NCBI GenBank assembly: GCA_947629355.1 | Contig: CANRDJ010000003.1 | Span: forward strand, 1 to 54,480 | Reading direction: 5' to 3' | DNA: 54,480 nt | From: an uncultured Clostridia bacterium | GTDB lineage: Bacteria; Bacillota; Clostridia; TANB77; CAG-508 | Part shown: positions 31,854 through 43,975 of the stretch, piece by piece | Layout: each line of letters starts with the position of its first letter | Position numbering within the stretch: position 1 is the first letter of the stretch | Notes under the pieces: generated by a model | What the model was told of the DNA's origin: nothing | The model's input: only the letters and a program-made list of their open reading frames with translations | Databases searched by the model: none | Position numbers and translations under genes: made by a program

Positions 31854-32249
31854 ATGTGTTTTATAAAGGAGGTTAAAATGAAGGTTAAATTTAAAATTTC
31901 TTTGATTTCAATATTATTTTTCTTTTTATTTATAAATTGTGTAAATGCTTCTGGTATAGTTATGAATTTAGAAAATAATGTAAATAATCAAACAAATGCA
32001 AACGTTCAAGAAAATTCTTCTGCTGACGCTAATACTGTGAATACTGTTTTTGAAAATAATACAGAAGAAAATCCAATGGGAAACAATGAAGATGAAATAA
32101 CAGATACTGCTCCAGCTCTAACTTCTACAGAAACTACATCAAATAATGATGATTTCTTAACTACAGAAAATATTTTGTCAATAATTATAATAGTTATAGG
32201 AATACTTTTAATCTTTTTAGCAGTAGCAATTTTGATAAGATTTAAATAA
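31854..32249 (+). CDS. Exported Asn/Thr/acidic-rich protein with C-terminal TM
   Basis: Signal peptide (true start probably 31878, after AAGGAGG), low-complexity linker, TM. Confidence 0.7.
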   Translation: MCFIKEVKMKVKFKISLISILFFFLFINCVNASGIVMNLENNVNNQTNANVQENSSADANTVNTVFENNTEENPMGNNEDEITDTAPALTSTETTSNNDDFLTTENILSIIIIVIGILLIFLAVAILIRFK

Positions 32250-32374
32250 TGCAATTTTAACAACTTTTGTAATTTTTATACAAAAGTTGTTTATTTGTGA
32301 ATATTTTTTCACAAATAATAAATAATATAAATAGATTTTTATAAAGCAGAAAAATTTTAGGAGGTAGTTAGAAT

Positions 32375-32797
32375 ATGAAAAGAAAATCTTTTATATTATT
32401 CATAGTAGCATTTCTTATTTTATCAATTAGTAGTTTATGCTTTGCAACAGATAATACTGACACTGCTAACAATGTTAAAAATACAGTAAATGGTGCAACT
32501 AATGCTGTTGTAGATGGTGCTCAAAATCTGGCTGAAGATGTAAGAAATGGTGTTGGTACAGCAGAAAATACAATTGAAGACGGAGCAGAAGATATCGGAA
32601 ATGCAATAATGGACGATGCAAATTCTGTTGAAAATGTAGGAGATGATACTTATGATGCAACTGCAGGTGTAGCAGAAGATGTATCAAACTCAAATGGTAT
32701 GAATGCTACAACGTGGATATGGATTGCTGTTGCAATTGCTGCTGTTGTAATAATTGCAGTTGTATGGTACTATGCATCTCAAAATAATAAACATTAA
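32375..32797 (+). CDS. Exported acidic protein with C-terminal TM
   Basis: Signal peptide, quasi-repeated acidic helix, TM; AGGAGG RBS. Confidence 0.75.
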   Translation: MKRKSFILFIVAFLILSISSLCFATDNTDTANNVKNTVNGATNAVVDGAQNLAEDVRNGVGTAENTIEDGAEDIGNAIMDDANSVENVGDDTYDATAGVAEDVSNSNGMNATTWIWIAVAIAAVVIIAVVWYYASQNNKH

Positions 32798-32906
32798 TTA
32801 TAAAAGTAATTTTAATTAAAAATAGAAAGTATATTCAATTATACTTTCTATTTTTTTGTTGTTATGATATAATTCTATATATTTTAAGAAAGAGGTCTAT
32901 TTAGAT

Positions 32907-33350
32907 ATGTTTAAAATAGTTTCAAAAAATCCAACTGCTAGGCATAATTATACAATTGAAAATACGATTGAAACTGGTATAGTTTTAACAGGAACAGAAA
33001 TTAAATCGATAAGAAATGGAAAAGCTAATTTAAAAGATAGTTATGCTTCAATAAAAAATGGAGAATTATTCATATATAATTTACACATAAGTCCATATGA
33101 ATTTGGAAATATATATAATAAAAATCCTTTAAGAGATAGAAAACTATTAATAAATAAAAGAGAGCTTAATAAATTAGTAGGATTAATAAAGCAAAAAGGT
33201 TATTCCCTCATACCTTTAAGTATGTATTTTAAAGGTAATTTTGTAAAAATAGAATTAGGAATTGGTAAAGGTAAAAAATTATATGATAAAAGACGCGATA
33301 TTGCAAAAAAAGAGGCAGAAATGAGAATTCGAAAATTAAATAAAGCTTAA
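32907..33350 (+). CDS. smpB: SsrA-binding protein
   Basis: ETGIVLTGTEIKSIR, GKGKKLYDKR. Confidence 0.96.
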   Translation: MFKIVSKNPTARHNYTIENTIETGIVLTGTEIKSIRNGKANLKDSYASIKNGELFIYNLHISPYEFGNIYNKNPLRDRKLLINKRELNKLVGLIKQKGYSLIPLSMYFKGNFVKIELGIGKGKKLYDKRRDIAKKEAEMRIRKLNKA

Positions 33351-33367
33351 ATTTTAGTGAAAATTTT

Positions 33368-33414
33368 ATACGGACTATTTTATTTCCTTTTAAAGAAAAT
33401 AAAATAGTCCGTAT
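33368..33414. terminator. Bidirectional terminator between smpB and fba
   Basis: ATACGGACTATTTTATTT...AAATAAAATAGTCCGTAT inverted repeat. Confidence 0.75.
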
Positions 33415-33435
33415 TAAAAATTCCGTTTTTTAAAT

Positions 33436-34377
<942 letters not shown>

Positions 34378-34571
34378 TTATATTTTATATATTTATTTTA
34401 TTTCTTAAAATTTAACTTGTCAATAATTTTTATAAAATTGCATTTCAATTTAACAAGTATACTTTTAATAAAACAATTAAAATATGTACAATATAAATGA
34501 AATGTGAAAAGCAAAAATACAAATTTAATATTACTTTTCACATTTCACACCTAGTAACCTTTAAAGAATAA

Positions 34572-34748
34572 TTATTGATTTTCATAATTACATCTGTAAC
34601 TACCACACATAGATTCATCTTCTGGATTACCATTATTGCAATTTGTACATGGTCTTACAATAATATCTTCTAGCTCACATTTTTGAGTTTTTTCATTGTT
34701 AAAAGCACAACTCTCTACTGTACAATTAATTATTTGTTTCTTTTCCAT
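34572..34748 (-). CDS. Small Cys-rich DUF1540-like protein (58 aa, not in the ORF track)
   Basis: MEKKQIINCTVESCAFN...KCELEDIIVRPC...ESMCGSY; AGGAGG RBS. Confidence 0.75.
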   Translation of the reverse strand: MEKKQIINCTVESCAFNNEKTQKCELEDIIVRPCTNCNNGNPEDESMCGSYRCNYENQ

Positions 34749-34932
34749 TTTTAACCTCCTCTAAAGTATTCTATTAATATTATCTACAAATTAATTTAAA
34801 ATATTAATAAAACACTTTAATTTTGGTTAAAGATTTTTAAATTAAATAAAAAATTAATTTTTTATTTTTCAAAACAGAGATAATAAATATATCTGTTTGG
34901 GTCATTATGCAATGTTTCATCTGTTACAATAT

Positions 34933-37900
34933 TTAATTCTTTTTATTTTTAACTATTAATTTATCACAAAAAGCAAGAATTGCTGGTAATAATGTTAAAA
35001 TTAGAATTGTAGAACATAGAGTACCTTCTGAAATTGTTTTACATATTTTTGCTGCAATTGCTGATGCAAAATTTGCAATGATTAAAGTTACTATAATAAG
35101 TATTGAACTTGAAGTTAGTATAGTGTGTATTGATTTATTATATGAATCTATAATTGATTCTTTTATTCCTTTACTTTTTCTGTGTTCAAGATAATACGAC
35201 GTATATAAAATAGCATAATCAATAGTTGCACCCATTAATATGCTTTGAACAATAAGTATTGCAATAAAATATACATTTTCTCCTACTATTGATAGTATCC
35301 CCATTGTTAAATAAACTGCTGTCTGTATTGTTAACACTAATATTACAGGAATGGTAATTGATTTAAATGTAATTACTACTACTATAAATATTGCTATCAT
35401 TGTTATTATTGTTATTGAGTTTAATTCATCATCAAAAGTCTGACTTATTTCATAAGCCATAGGAGAATCTCCTATTATGTAGAAATCCTTCAATTCTTTT
35501 CCTAACATATCTTTTACATTTTTTATAAATTCAAAAGTTTCTGGTGATTCTAAATCAAATTTTGTATTTAGTACTATTCTTGAATAATTATTACCTATTA
35601 ATAATTCTTTTGCATCTTCTACTTTTGTTTTTGCTTCTTTTATATTATTTCTCATATCATCTTCTATAAAATCTGTAAATCGTTCATCTTGCAAAATCTC
35701 ATTATTAAGAAAATTTACAAATTCTTCTACTGTCATTTTCCATTCATTATTATACTGTCTGTCACTACCATAATAAGTGTAAAGAATTTCTATTGTATTT
35801 TTTTCTACATCATCGCTTAAATTACTAATAATAGTAAATATTTCATCTGCATTATATTTTGTATTATTTATACTGGCATTCATAATGCTATTTACTGTAT
35901 TTAGTTTTGATATTTGTTTCTCATCAAAATTGCTTGAATATTGGCTATTATGAACAACATCCTTAAGTAAAAAATTAATGAATTCTTTTAATGATATACT
36001 TGGATTATTATTTATATGTTTAGAGTTATATAAACCATAAAGTAGATTTGTTTCCTCCTTATTTATTCCTAATAATGAAGATAATTGGCTACTACTGTAT
36101 TTTTTATTATTTATAACTCCATTCATAACCGATTGAACTAGTTTCAAATCCTTTATTGTACTACTTGTTATTTTGTTTGCAAGTGTATTATCATTTTTAT
36201 GTGTAAGTACAAAATCTGTAAATTCTTGTGGTGTTAAAGTTTTATTATTTTGACTTGAAACATATAAAGTATATATGTTTTTTGTATTATTGCTATCTAT
36301 ACCTATCTTTTTCGAAAGTTCTTTATAAGTATATTTTGTATTGCTTATACTACTTGTCATAACAGTAGATAATAATTTTAGTTGTTGCATTGTAGCTTCA
36401 TCAATATTATTTTTTATATTTTCATTACTATTATTGTTTAATATTATTTTTACAAATTCATTAGGTGTAGCAATCCAATTCTTTATATTTCCTGCAGTAT
36501 AATCAATCAAATTGTATAATTGATACATCTGATTTATATCTTTTCCTAATATTTTTGACATCTCGAGAGCTGTATATTTAGTTTTATCATCTAGTAATTC
36601 TGTATTTCCCATTAGTTCTTTTAATGCGGACGTATCAGTGTCATCTAAATATTGTGTATTCGTTTTAATATTATTTATATAATTTATAAATTCTAATATT
36701 GTATACTTACTTTCATTTTTTTCTTTAATGTATTTTAAAAGTAAAATTTGATTAATTTTTGTTTCATCTATGCCAAATAAATTAGCTAATTCTTGGGAAG
36801 TCATTTGTTTATTAATTGTATTTGTATTGCTAAATGTTGCTAATAATTTTATATTTTGAATTGTTTTATTATCAAAACTATTTACATAATTACTATCTCT
36901 TAATACATCATTTAATACAAAATTTGAAAATTCTGAAATTGTTATTTTTATATCAATGTCATTTACAAGAATATAATATTTATATAATTCATTCATTGCA
37001 TTATTATCAATTCCAAAAATTTTAGCCATTTCATTACTTGTCATTCTTTTTTGTACTGTTTGCTTATTTGTAAATTTTGATAACTTATTTAATCTATTTT
37101 TATTTTCATCATTAATTTTAATCGCATATTTTTTATTTGTTAAAACATCTTTATTTATAAAATCAATAAATTCATTTAAGGTAATCTGTGTATTGTTATT
37201 TTTAGAAAGATAATAAATAAGTATATCATCTATTTTGCTTTTGTCTATTTCTAATATACCTGCTATATCACTTGATGTTCTTTTTTTATTCATAGAAGAT
37301 ACTGTAATAAAGTTTTTTAGTCTTGTAATATCACTTTTTGTTTTATCGTTAATTTTTTCATTTGTTTTTTCGTTATTATATGCTTCATTTTCAATAAAAT
37401 TAATAAAATCTTCAAATGTCATTGTATTTTTCTTATTTTTGTTATAATAATCATAATACAATATTTTTAATAAATAATCTTTTATACTAACATCCGAGCC
37501 TAAATCATTTAACTTGTCATTTAATTTATTATAAGTTAATTTTTCATTAATTGTATTCCCATATGCTAATACTTCATCTATTTTTTCTTCATTTTCAAGT
37601 TCTTTTAAATATTTTGAAATCTTCTCTTCATCTTTATTTTTATATATAATAGCTATTTGATTATTTTCATCAAATACTTCATTTATTTCGTCAGTTTGTG
37701 AATCTGTATAATCAATTCCTAAATTTCCCTTTATTACAAAGCTACCAATAAATATTATAAAAAATAATGGAACAGAAATAAATCTTATTCTGTAACTAAA
37801 TTTACCTAATTTATTCAATTTGAAATTAGGACTTTTCTTTTTTGTTTTTACTATCCATTTATCAAACATTAATATTAAGGATGGCAGTACAAAGAATATA

Positions 37901-38787
37901 CAAATTAAGCTAAATAACACACCTTTTGCCAAAACAAATCCTAAATCTTTTCCAATTTTAAAGCTCATAAATACTAATGCTAAAAGTCCAACTATTGTTG
38001 TAACAGAGCTACTTGATATAGCTTGAAATGCTTTATATAAAGCATTTTTCATTGCTTTTATTTTGTCTTTTTCAATTTGCTTTTCTTGATCATACCTATT
38101 CATTAACATTATAGAATAATCCATTGATAATGCCATCTGTAATATTGCTACTATTGAATTTGTAATATTTGATACATTTTGAAATATAATATTTGTTCCC
38201 TTATTTAGAACTACTGCCATTAGTATAGAAGTTAAAAATAAAAATGGTTCTACATAAGATTCACACATTATAAGCAAAATAACTAAAGCACATACAACTG
38301 CAAGTGCAACAATCCAAAATGGTAATACTGTTTTATTACATTCAGATACATCTCCACTTGTATAAATAGTATAATCTTTATATTTTTCTGTTATTTGATT
38401 ATATATATCAGTCCCCTTTTGTGAATCAGATTTGTCATCTATTGTAATAACATACAATGTATAATTTTCTTTGTTGTAATTCTCGCTATTATCATAATCT
38501 ACACTTTCTACTCCGTCTATCGATTCTAAATCATTTTTAATTTCAAATTTTTCTTCATCTTCTAAATCTTTAAACATTAAATTTAAGGTACTAGTTTCAG
38601 TTCCTTCAAATTCTTTTTCCATAATATCCATACCAATTCTTGTTTCTGAAGTGTCTGGTAAATACTTAGCTATATCATAATTAATTTTTACTTTTGATGA
38701 TAATATGGCTGAAATTATTGTAAAAACAATAAATAGAACCAAAATAAAATGTCTTTTATTTATTATAAAGTCTGTAATTTTTCTCAA
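34933..38787 (-). CDS. MMPL/RND family transporter with a large repetitive extracytoplasmic insert
   Basis: Two TM bundles (MALSMDYS, GATIDYA) flanking repeated helical units. Confidence 0.88.
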   Translation of the reverse strand: MRKITDFIINKRHFILVLFIVFTIISAILSSKVKINYDIAKYLPDTSETRIGMDIMEKEFEGTETSTLNLMFKDLEDEEKFEIKNDLESIDGVESVDYDNSENYNKENYTLYVITIDDKSDSQKGTDIYNQITEKYKDYTIYTSGDVSECNKTVLPFWIVALAVVCALVILLIMCESYVEPFLFLTSILMAVVLNKGTNIIFQNVSNITNSIVAILQMALSMDYSIMLMNRYDQEKQIEKDKIKAMKNALYKAFQAISSSSVTTIVGLLALVFMSFKIGKDLGFVLAKGVLFSLICIFFVLPSLILMFDKWIVKTKKKSPNFKLNKLGKFSYRIRFISVPLFFIIFIGSFVIKGNLGIDYTDSQTDEINEVFDENNQIAIIYKNKDEEKISKYLKELENEEKIDEVLAYGNTINEKLTYNKLNDKLNDLGSDVSIKDYLLKILYYDYYNKNKKNTMTFEDFINFIENEAYNNEKTNEKINDKTKSDITRLKNFITVSSMNKKRTSSDIAGILEIDKSKIDDILIYYLSKNNNTQITLNEFIDFINKDVLTNKKYAIKINDENKNRLNKLSKFTNKQTVQKRMTSNEMAKIFGIDNNAMNELYKYYILVNDIDIKITISEFSNFVLNDVLRDSNYVNSFDNKTIQNIKLLATFSNTNTINKQMTSQELANLFGIDETKINQILLLKYIKEKNESKYTILEFINYINNIKTNTQYLDDTDTSALKELMGNTELLDDKTKYTALEMSKILGKDINQMYQLYNLIDYTAGNIKNWIATPNEFVKIILNNNSNENIKNNIDEATMQQLKLLSTVMTSSISNTKYTYKELSKKIGIDSNNTKNIYTLYVSSQNNKTLTPQEFTDFVLTHKNDNTLANKITSSTIKDLKLVQSVMNGVINNKKYSSSQLSSLLGINKEETNLLYGLYNSKHINNNPSISLKEFINFLLKDVVHNSQYSSNFDEKQISKLNTVNSIMNASINNTKYNADEIFTIISNLSDDVEKNTIEILYTYYGSDRQYNNEWKMTVEEFVNFLNNEILQDERFTDFIEDDMRNNIKEAKTKVEDAKELLIGNNYSRIVLNTKFDLESPETFEFIKNVKDMLGKELKDFYIIGDSPMAYEISQTFDDELNSITIITMIAIFIVVVITFKSITIPVILVLTIQTAVYLTMGILSIVGENVYFIAILIVQSILMGATIDYAILYTSYYLEHRKSKGIKESIIDSYNKSIHTILTSSSILIIVTLIIANFASAIAAKICKTISEGTLCSTILILTLLPAILAFCDKLIVKNKKN

Positions 38788-38858
38788 AGTAAATCCTTCC
38801 CTTCTTTTTGGTCTGCATTACATTATATTCTCATTATTATTCAAATGAAAGTATAAAC

Positions 38859-38894
38859 TTGATAAAAGTGTCTGAATTTAGACACTTTTATCAA
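38859..38894. promoter_or_regulatory. Perfect 15-bp inverted repeat, probable TetR operator
   Basis: TTGATAAAAGTGTCT-GAATTT-AGACACTTTTATCAA between divergent MMPL and TetR genes. Confidence 0.65.
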
Positions 38895-38968
38895 AATTGT
38901 CTTTTTATTATAATAAAACTGTGTTACAATATTTTATATATTGTTTTTTTATAGAAAGGATCCCTATT

Positions 38969-39520
38969 ATGAAAGTACGATGTCTAAATTCTTCTTCTGT
39001 TAAAACAAGAAATTTAATTAAAAAAACTTTTGCTGAATTGATTAATGAGAGAAAACAATTGGATAAAATAACTGTTACAGAACTAGTTAAAAGAGCAGAA
39101 TTAACTAGAAGTACATTTTATACGCATTACGATAATATATATGAAGTAGCTCATGACTATCAATTACAAACAATTGAACTTTTATGTAGTGAAGATTTGC
39201 AATTATATTCAAGACAAGATATTATGAATTATTTTGATAATATTATACAATGTTTAAAAGATAATGAAGAAACATATAAATTACTATTATCTGCTGATGA
39301 ATCTCTTTTGTTTTTAGAAAAATTAAAGAAAATCGCTAGTCAAAAAATTTATGATGCCTTAAAAGATAAATATATGAATAAATATCTTGACATTAATATT
39401 TCATTTTTTATGAATGGAATATTGATGGAATTTTTAAAATATTTTAGAAATGAAAGTAGCTATTCATTAGATGAATTATTGTATAATATGAAAAAGTGGT
39501 TTGAAAAAATATTTGATTAG
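38969..39520 (+). CDS. TetR/AcrR family regulator
   Basis: ITVTELVKRAELTRSTFYTHY HTH; ATG at 38969 follows AAAGGA. Confidence 0.9.
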   Translation: MKVRCLNSSSVKTRNLIKKTFAELINERKQLDKITVTELVKRAELTRSTFYTHYDNIYEVAHDYQLQTIELLCSEDLQLYSRQDIMNYFDNIIQCLKDNEETYKLLLSADESLLFLEKLKKIASQKIYDALKDKYMNKYLDINISFFMNGILMEFLKYFRNESSYSLDELLYNMKKWFEKIFD

Positions 39521-39615
39521 TTTTATATAAATTTTTATACTTATGATAATTATTTAATTTAGTATTTATAATTAGCAACAATTAATTACGCAATGCTATT
39601 TTATCTATGTTTATA

Positions 39616-39656
39616 AAAATATAGTTACTACTTTTATAAAGTAGTAACTATATTTT
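39616..39656. terminator. Bidirectional terminator-like hairpin
   Basis: AAAATATAGTTACTACTTT-TAT-AAAGTAGTAACTATATTTT between convergent genes. Confidence 0.7.
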
Positions 39657-39658
39657 CT

Positions 39659-40360
39659 TTATTCTAATTTCTTTTTTTTATTTTCTTCTATGCATTCTTT
39701 TGGTGCATTTTTAAAACTCAAATACCAGCTCATTCCATTTCTATTTTTTTCAATTTCTTCATTTCTTTCTAATAAACCTTCAAAGGTTTTAGGAGCTGGA
39801 ACTATTATTGGCTGATTTGGTATCCAGTTTGCTGGAGTTGAGCCTTTAGCACATTCTGCCATTTGCAGAGCTTGAACAACCCTTATTATTTCTGGAATAA
39901 ATCTTCCTATGTTTAATGGATAAATTAAAATTGTTCTTATAATTCCTTTATCATCAATAACAAATACATTTCTAACTGTTTCTGTATTACTTATATCATT
40001 TGCTATCATTCCATATTTTCTTGCTATTTCTCCGTTTCTATCTGCTATAATTGGAAATGATACCTTAATTCCAGTTTTACAATAAATATCATATACCCAT
40101 GCTAGATGCGAAGAATTACTATCTACACTTAATCCCAAAAGTTCTGTGTTTAAATTTTTAAAATATGTATGTGCTTTTGTAAATGCTATCATTTCGGTTG
40201 TACATACGGGGGTAAAGTCTCCTGGATGTGAAAACAAAATTACCCATTTCCCTTTATAATTAGAAAGTTTTATATCCCCCATAGTTGTCACTGCTTCGAA
40301 GTCTGGTGCAAATTCTCCAATTTTTACATTTCCGTTCATCATTATTTCATAATTATTCAT
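39659..40360 (-). CDS. Peroxiredoxin (Prx6 type)
   Basis: FSHPGDFTPVCTTE, TPANW. Confidence 0.92.
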   Translation of the reverse strand: MNNYEIMMNGNVKIGEFAPDFEAVTTMGDIKLSNYKGKWVILFSHPGDFTPVCTTEMIAFTKAHTYFKNLNTELLGLSVDSNSSHLAWVYDIYCKTGIKVSFPIIADRNGEIARKYGMIANDISNTETVRNVFVIDDKGIIRTILIYPLNIGRFIPEIIRVVQALQMAECAKGSTPANWIPNQPIIVPAPKTFEGLLERNEEIEKNRNGMSWYLSFKNAPKECIEENKKKKLE

Positions 40361-40566
40361 AAATAACCTCCAACTTTTTTTATTTTATATTATGTTTGTA
40401 ATTTATTTTGGTTACTTTAATATAGAAATATAGAGATATATGGAATACTTAATTGCTTTTTTGGTAAAAATTTGATATAATACATAAGTAAAACACTATT
40501 AGTGAAAACAAAGGGGTATTTGTTTTCACACTCTAACTAATATTAATTAATGATTGGAGAATTTTT

Positions 40567-40806
40567 ATGAAAAATACATTACATGGTAATACAATTGTCT
40601 TTTTGGACAGAGTAGTTCTAAATCTATTACCTCTACAAAAAAATCTAAAAGATTCACGTAGAAAATTAGCTGTTAAAATTTTAGAGCGGACTGTAAAACG
40701 TGAAATACAAGAGAATACTCCTTGTATGGATGTTCCACTAAGATTTTCACAACTAAAAGTATTATTTCCAGATTATCTTGCGAAGCCATCAATTTGGCAT
40801 ACATAA
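40567..40806 (+). CDS. Small hypothetical protein
   Basis: GGAG RBS and downstream terminator-like hairpin; no recognisable motif. Confidence 0.45.
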   Translation: MKNTLHGNTIVFLDRVVLNLLPLQKNLKDSRRKLAVKILERTVKREIQENTPCMDVPLRFSQLKVLFPDYLAKPSIWHT

Positions 40807-40883
40807 ATTTCAAAAAAAGTCATCTATTTAATACCCCTAGATGACTTTTTTATATGAAAAAGAGTTTTTTTTGTTACTTTCTA

Positions 40884-42731
40884 TTATTCTTCCTGTTTTA
40901 ATTTTAAGTATCCTAATTCTTCCCATCTGTTATATGCAAGATTTAATTTGAATAGTAATTTAGGTTTAGAACCTGCTCTGTTTTTATCAACAACACATGC
41001 ATAATATCTTACATTTGGATCTTTATATTTTTTTAATTCATAAAATTTGTTATCAACTTCTTCTAATGAATATTCGTAATCATCGAAATTTCTATTATCT
41101 ATTTGCTTAAATAAACAAAGAGTATCTAGCACTTCTTTAACTGTTCTACTTACTGACAAGTCATTTATTGTTAAATTTACTGGTAATGTAGCAGTTTCTG
41201 CAAGTTGCAAAGTGTATCCTATAAATATATTAAAGTTTTGTGCCAGGTTTGAAATGATTGTTGCAGTCTTTTTTATTTCTTCACTATTACCTATATTTTC
41301 TGTATCTGTTTTCATTGTATCATAAAACATATATTCTATTTTTTCTTTGTAATAATAATTTGTAATTACTTTTTTCAATTCATCATTTGTATGGTCTGTT
41401 ATATTTATAAAATATATAGAATTTTTAATTTCTTTATTTAACCATTCAGTAGCTTTAATGGTTCTATTAAATTCTGAAGATACTTTTGAAAGTCTTTGTA
41501 TAAATTCTTTTCTTGTTTCTTTTTCTTGTTTTATTACAAATCCTTCATCATCAACTTCTACTTTAGCTATATCATCTGCTCTAAATTTAAATTCTAATAA
41601 TTCCCCTTCTGTTTTATTTATCAATTGTCCATGCATTTTTTGTATTTCCAAATTATTTAAAATAGTAGTTATTAAACAAAGTTTCATTTTTTCTTCTGAC
41701 ATTTCATTGGAAATTACTAAAACTTTCTTTTTATGAAAAAATGCAAGATATGCAGCAAGGTTTATTGTAAATCTACTTTTACCAGAATTTGATGGCATTG
41801 CAAATGCCATAGTTTCCCCTTTTCTAATTCCCTTAAATACACTACTTAAAATTGGAAATGGTAAATTTAAACCATTAGTTAAACTATTATCACCTTTTAA
41901 TAAAAAATCTGTTACATTTTCATTTAAAACTGATTGCTTGAATTTTTCTGTTACCATTACCTGATTAATTGCACTTTCTACTTCTTGTACAGACATATTA
42001 TCATATAATTCATATTTTCTTATCTCAGCAATTTTATCTTGAGTAGCTTTAATAGGCATATTTTTATAATATTTTCTTAATATAAAAATTTTTTTTAGTT
42101 CTATATATATTTTTTCATAATCATAATTTTTATCAGCTACTTCTTTCTTTAGTTTAAGTTTTAAATTTTCAGATCTTTTATTCTCTCTTGGAAAATTAAA
42201 GTCTTTTTTTGCTATTTCTTTTGAATACATTGCTCCTTCCGTAAACAAAACACTTTTATACGCATTGAATAAATCTTTATCTTCAAATAGGCAATCTTCA
42301 TAAAGAAAATAGTACATATTTATAGATTTAGGATTATTTAATAATAATCCTATATATACTTTTTCAAGTTCTTGAGCTTGTAATTCTTTGGGATATATAT
42401 CTTCAAATTTAGCACTTTCTTTATTCTCAAAACTTTCTTCAAATTCATCTTCTACATCTTCTACTTCTTCTACTTCTTCGCTTTCTTCTTTCTCTTGAAC
42501 ATCTTGTTTTCCTTTTTCTTTATTTAAATTTGGTAACATTAGCTGTAAAGAATTATTTGATTTTAATTCTTCTAATTTATGTAGAGCTGATTTAGCATCT
42601 CCAGCTGATAGAAATTCTCTAATTTGATTTACTGTTTCTTCATTTTCTGCCTCTATTTTAATCTTGTTCAATAACTCTAACAATTTTTCAATATTTTCTT
42701 CTTTTTTCATATGTAACTTCTCCTTATACAA
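40884..42731 (-). CDS. Divergent DnaB-like (SF4) helicase
   Basis: Walker A AMPSNSGKS, ISNEMS, and C-terminal DKNRAG. Confidence 0.7.
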   Translation of the reverse strand: MYKEKLHMKKEENIEKLLELLNKIKIEAENEETVNQIREFLSAGDAKSALHKLEELKSNNSLQLMLPNLNKEKGKQDVQEKEESEEVEEVEDVEDEFEESFENKESAKFEDIYPKELQAQELEKVYIGLLLNNPKSINMYYFLYEDCLFEDKDLFNAYKSVLFTEGAMYSKEIAKKDFNFPRENKRSENLKLKLKKEVADKNYDYEKIYIELKKIFILRKYYKNMPIKATQDKIAEIRKYELYDNMSVQEVESAINQVMVTEKFKQSVLNENVTDFLLKGDNSLTNGLNLPFPILSSVFKGIRKGETMAFAMPSNSGKSRFTINLAAYLAFFHKKKVLVISNEMSEEKMKLCLITTILNNLEIQKMHGQLINKTEGELLEFKFRADDIAKVEVDDEGFVIKQEKETRKEFIQRLSKVSSEFNRTIKATEWLNKEIKNSIYFINITDHTNDELKKVITNYYYKEKIEYMFYDTMKTDTENIGNSEEIKKTATIISNLAQNFNIFIGYTLQLAETATLPVNLTINDLSVSRTVKEVLDTLCLFKQIDNRNFDDYEYSLEEVDNKFYELKKYKDPNVRYYACVVDKNRAGSKPKLLFKLNLAYNRWEELGYLKLKQEE

Positions 42732-42803
42732 AACATATCTTTTTATTATATATCATATAGAAACTAAAAGAGCAATCTTTAAATTGCCCTTTTAGTTCAA
42801 ATT

Positions 42804-43889
42804 CTATTCATTAACTGTCATATTATTTTCATTTTCTGCTACATCTTCATTTTGTTCTGTTTTTCCTGAATTATCTATTTGCTCACAATATTCTTTATAC
42901 TTTTCTTCTAAATCTTTGTTTTTAAATTTCATTTTACTATCTTCTCTCAATTTTATTAATGCTTTATATCTTATATATTGATCTTCCTTTTCTAAATCCT
43001 TTGCTAAAACTTCTACTATATCATTTTCAACATCTTCCAAAGATGGTTTGTCAGATTTATCTATACAATAGATTATATGATATCCGTAATCTGTTTTTAC
43101 AGCTTTTGTAGTATATTCATCTTTTTCTAGTTTTTTACTTGCTTCAACATAATTATTAGCTAATGAATCTTCCGTAAAATTATCAACATCAACATTTTCT
43201 GTCGTTACTTTATCTTTATATTCATTTGCTACGTCATCAAAACTTTTTCCATCTTTTAGTTTTGCTAAAATTTCATTTGCAGTAGCTAAGGCTTTCTCAT
43301 CTGTTACATCGTCAGACACTTTAATTAATATATGTTTTGTATTTATTTTTCCATAAACATTATCATTATAATAATTATTAATATCTTCTTCTGGTAATAA
43401 TGTTTTAAAATAATCTATACAATACAAATTTCTTCTATAATCTAATTGCATATATTCAACAAATTCGTCTTTAGAATTAAAACCATTTTCTTCTAAAAAT
43501 TGTTCTTCTGTATAACCATAATATGTTTCATACATACTTAAAATTGAATCTACTTGTTTATCTATTTCTTCTTTTTGCTCATCTGTTAGTTGATACATAT
43601 TATCTAAAATTGATTTATCTGCTAATTCTAAAACATAATTAATTGGATAATATTTTTCCATTTCATTATATATTTCATTTTTAGTTACTTTTCCACCTTT
43701 GAATGATATAATTGTTTGATGCCCAAGTCCAAGAATTCCAAATTCCCCTAATATATAAATTAAAATTCCTCCTATTATTAACCCAATAATTCCTGAAATC
43801 CAAATTTCTTTTTTCTTAAAAATTTTTTTCAATTTTGCTTTAATTGATTTTTTTTCGTTATTTTCTTCACTTAAATTTTCTTTTTCCAT
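42804..43889 (-). CDS. prsA: PrsA-like parvulin foldase
   Basis: N-terminal TM, KHILIK, FDDVANEY, KTDYGYHII. Confidence 0.8.
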   Translation of the reverse strand: MEKENLSEENNEKKSIKAKLKKIFKKKEIWISGIIGLIIGGILIYILGEFGILGLGHQTIISFKGGKVTKNEIYNEMEKYYPINYVLELADKSILDNMYQLTDEQKEEIDKQVDSILSMYETYYGYTEEQFLEENGFNSKDEFVEYMQLDYRRNLYCIDYFKTLLPEEDINNYYNDNVYGKINTKHILIKVSDDVTDEKALATANEILAKLKDGKSFDDVANEYKDKVTTENVDVDNFTEDSLANNYVEASKKLEKDEYTTKAVKTDYGYHIIYCIDKSDKPSLEDVENDIVEVLAKDLEKEDQYIRYKALIKLREDSKMKFKNKDLEEKYKEYCEQIDNSGKTEQNEDVAENENNMTVNE

Positions 43890-43975
43890 ATCAACACTCC
43901 TTAATTATATATTTATAGTTTATATATAGTTTATTAAAATAATATTAAAAAATCAAGACCTTTATAGTAAAATTT

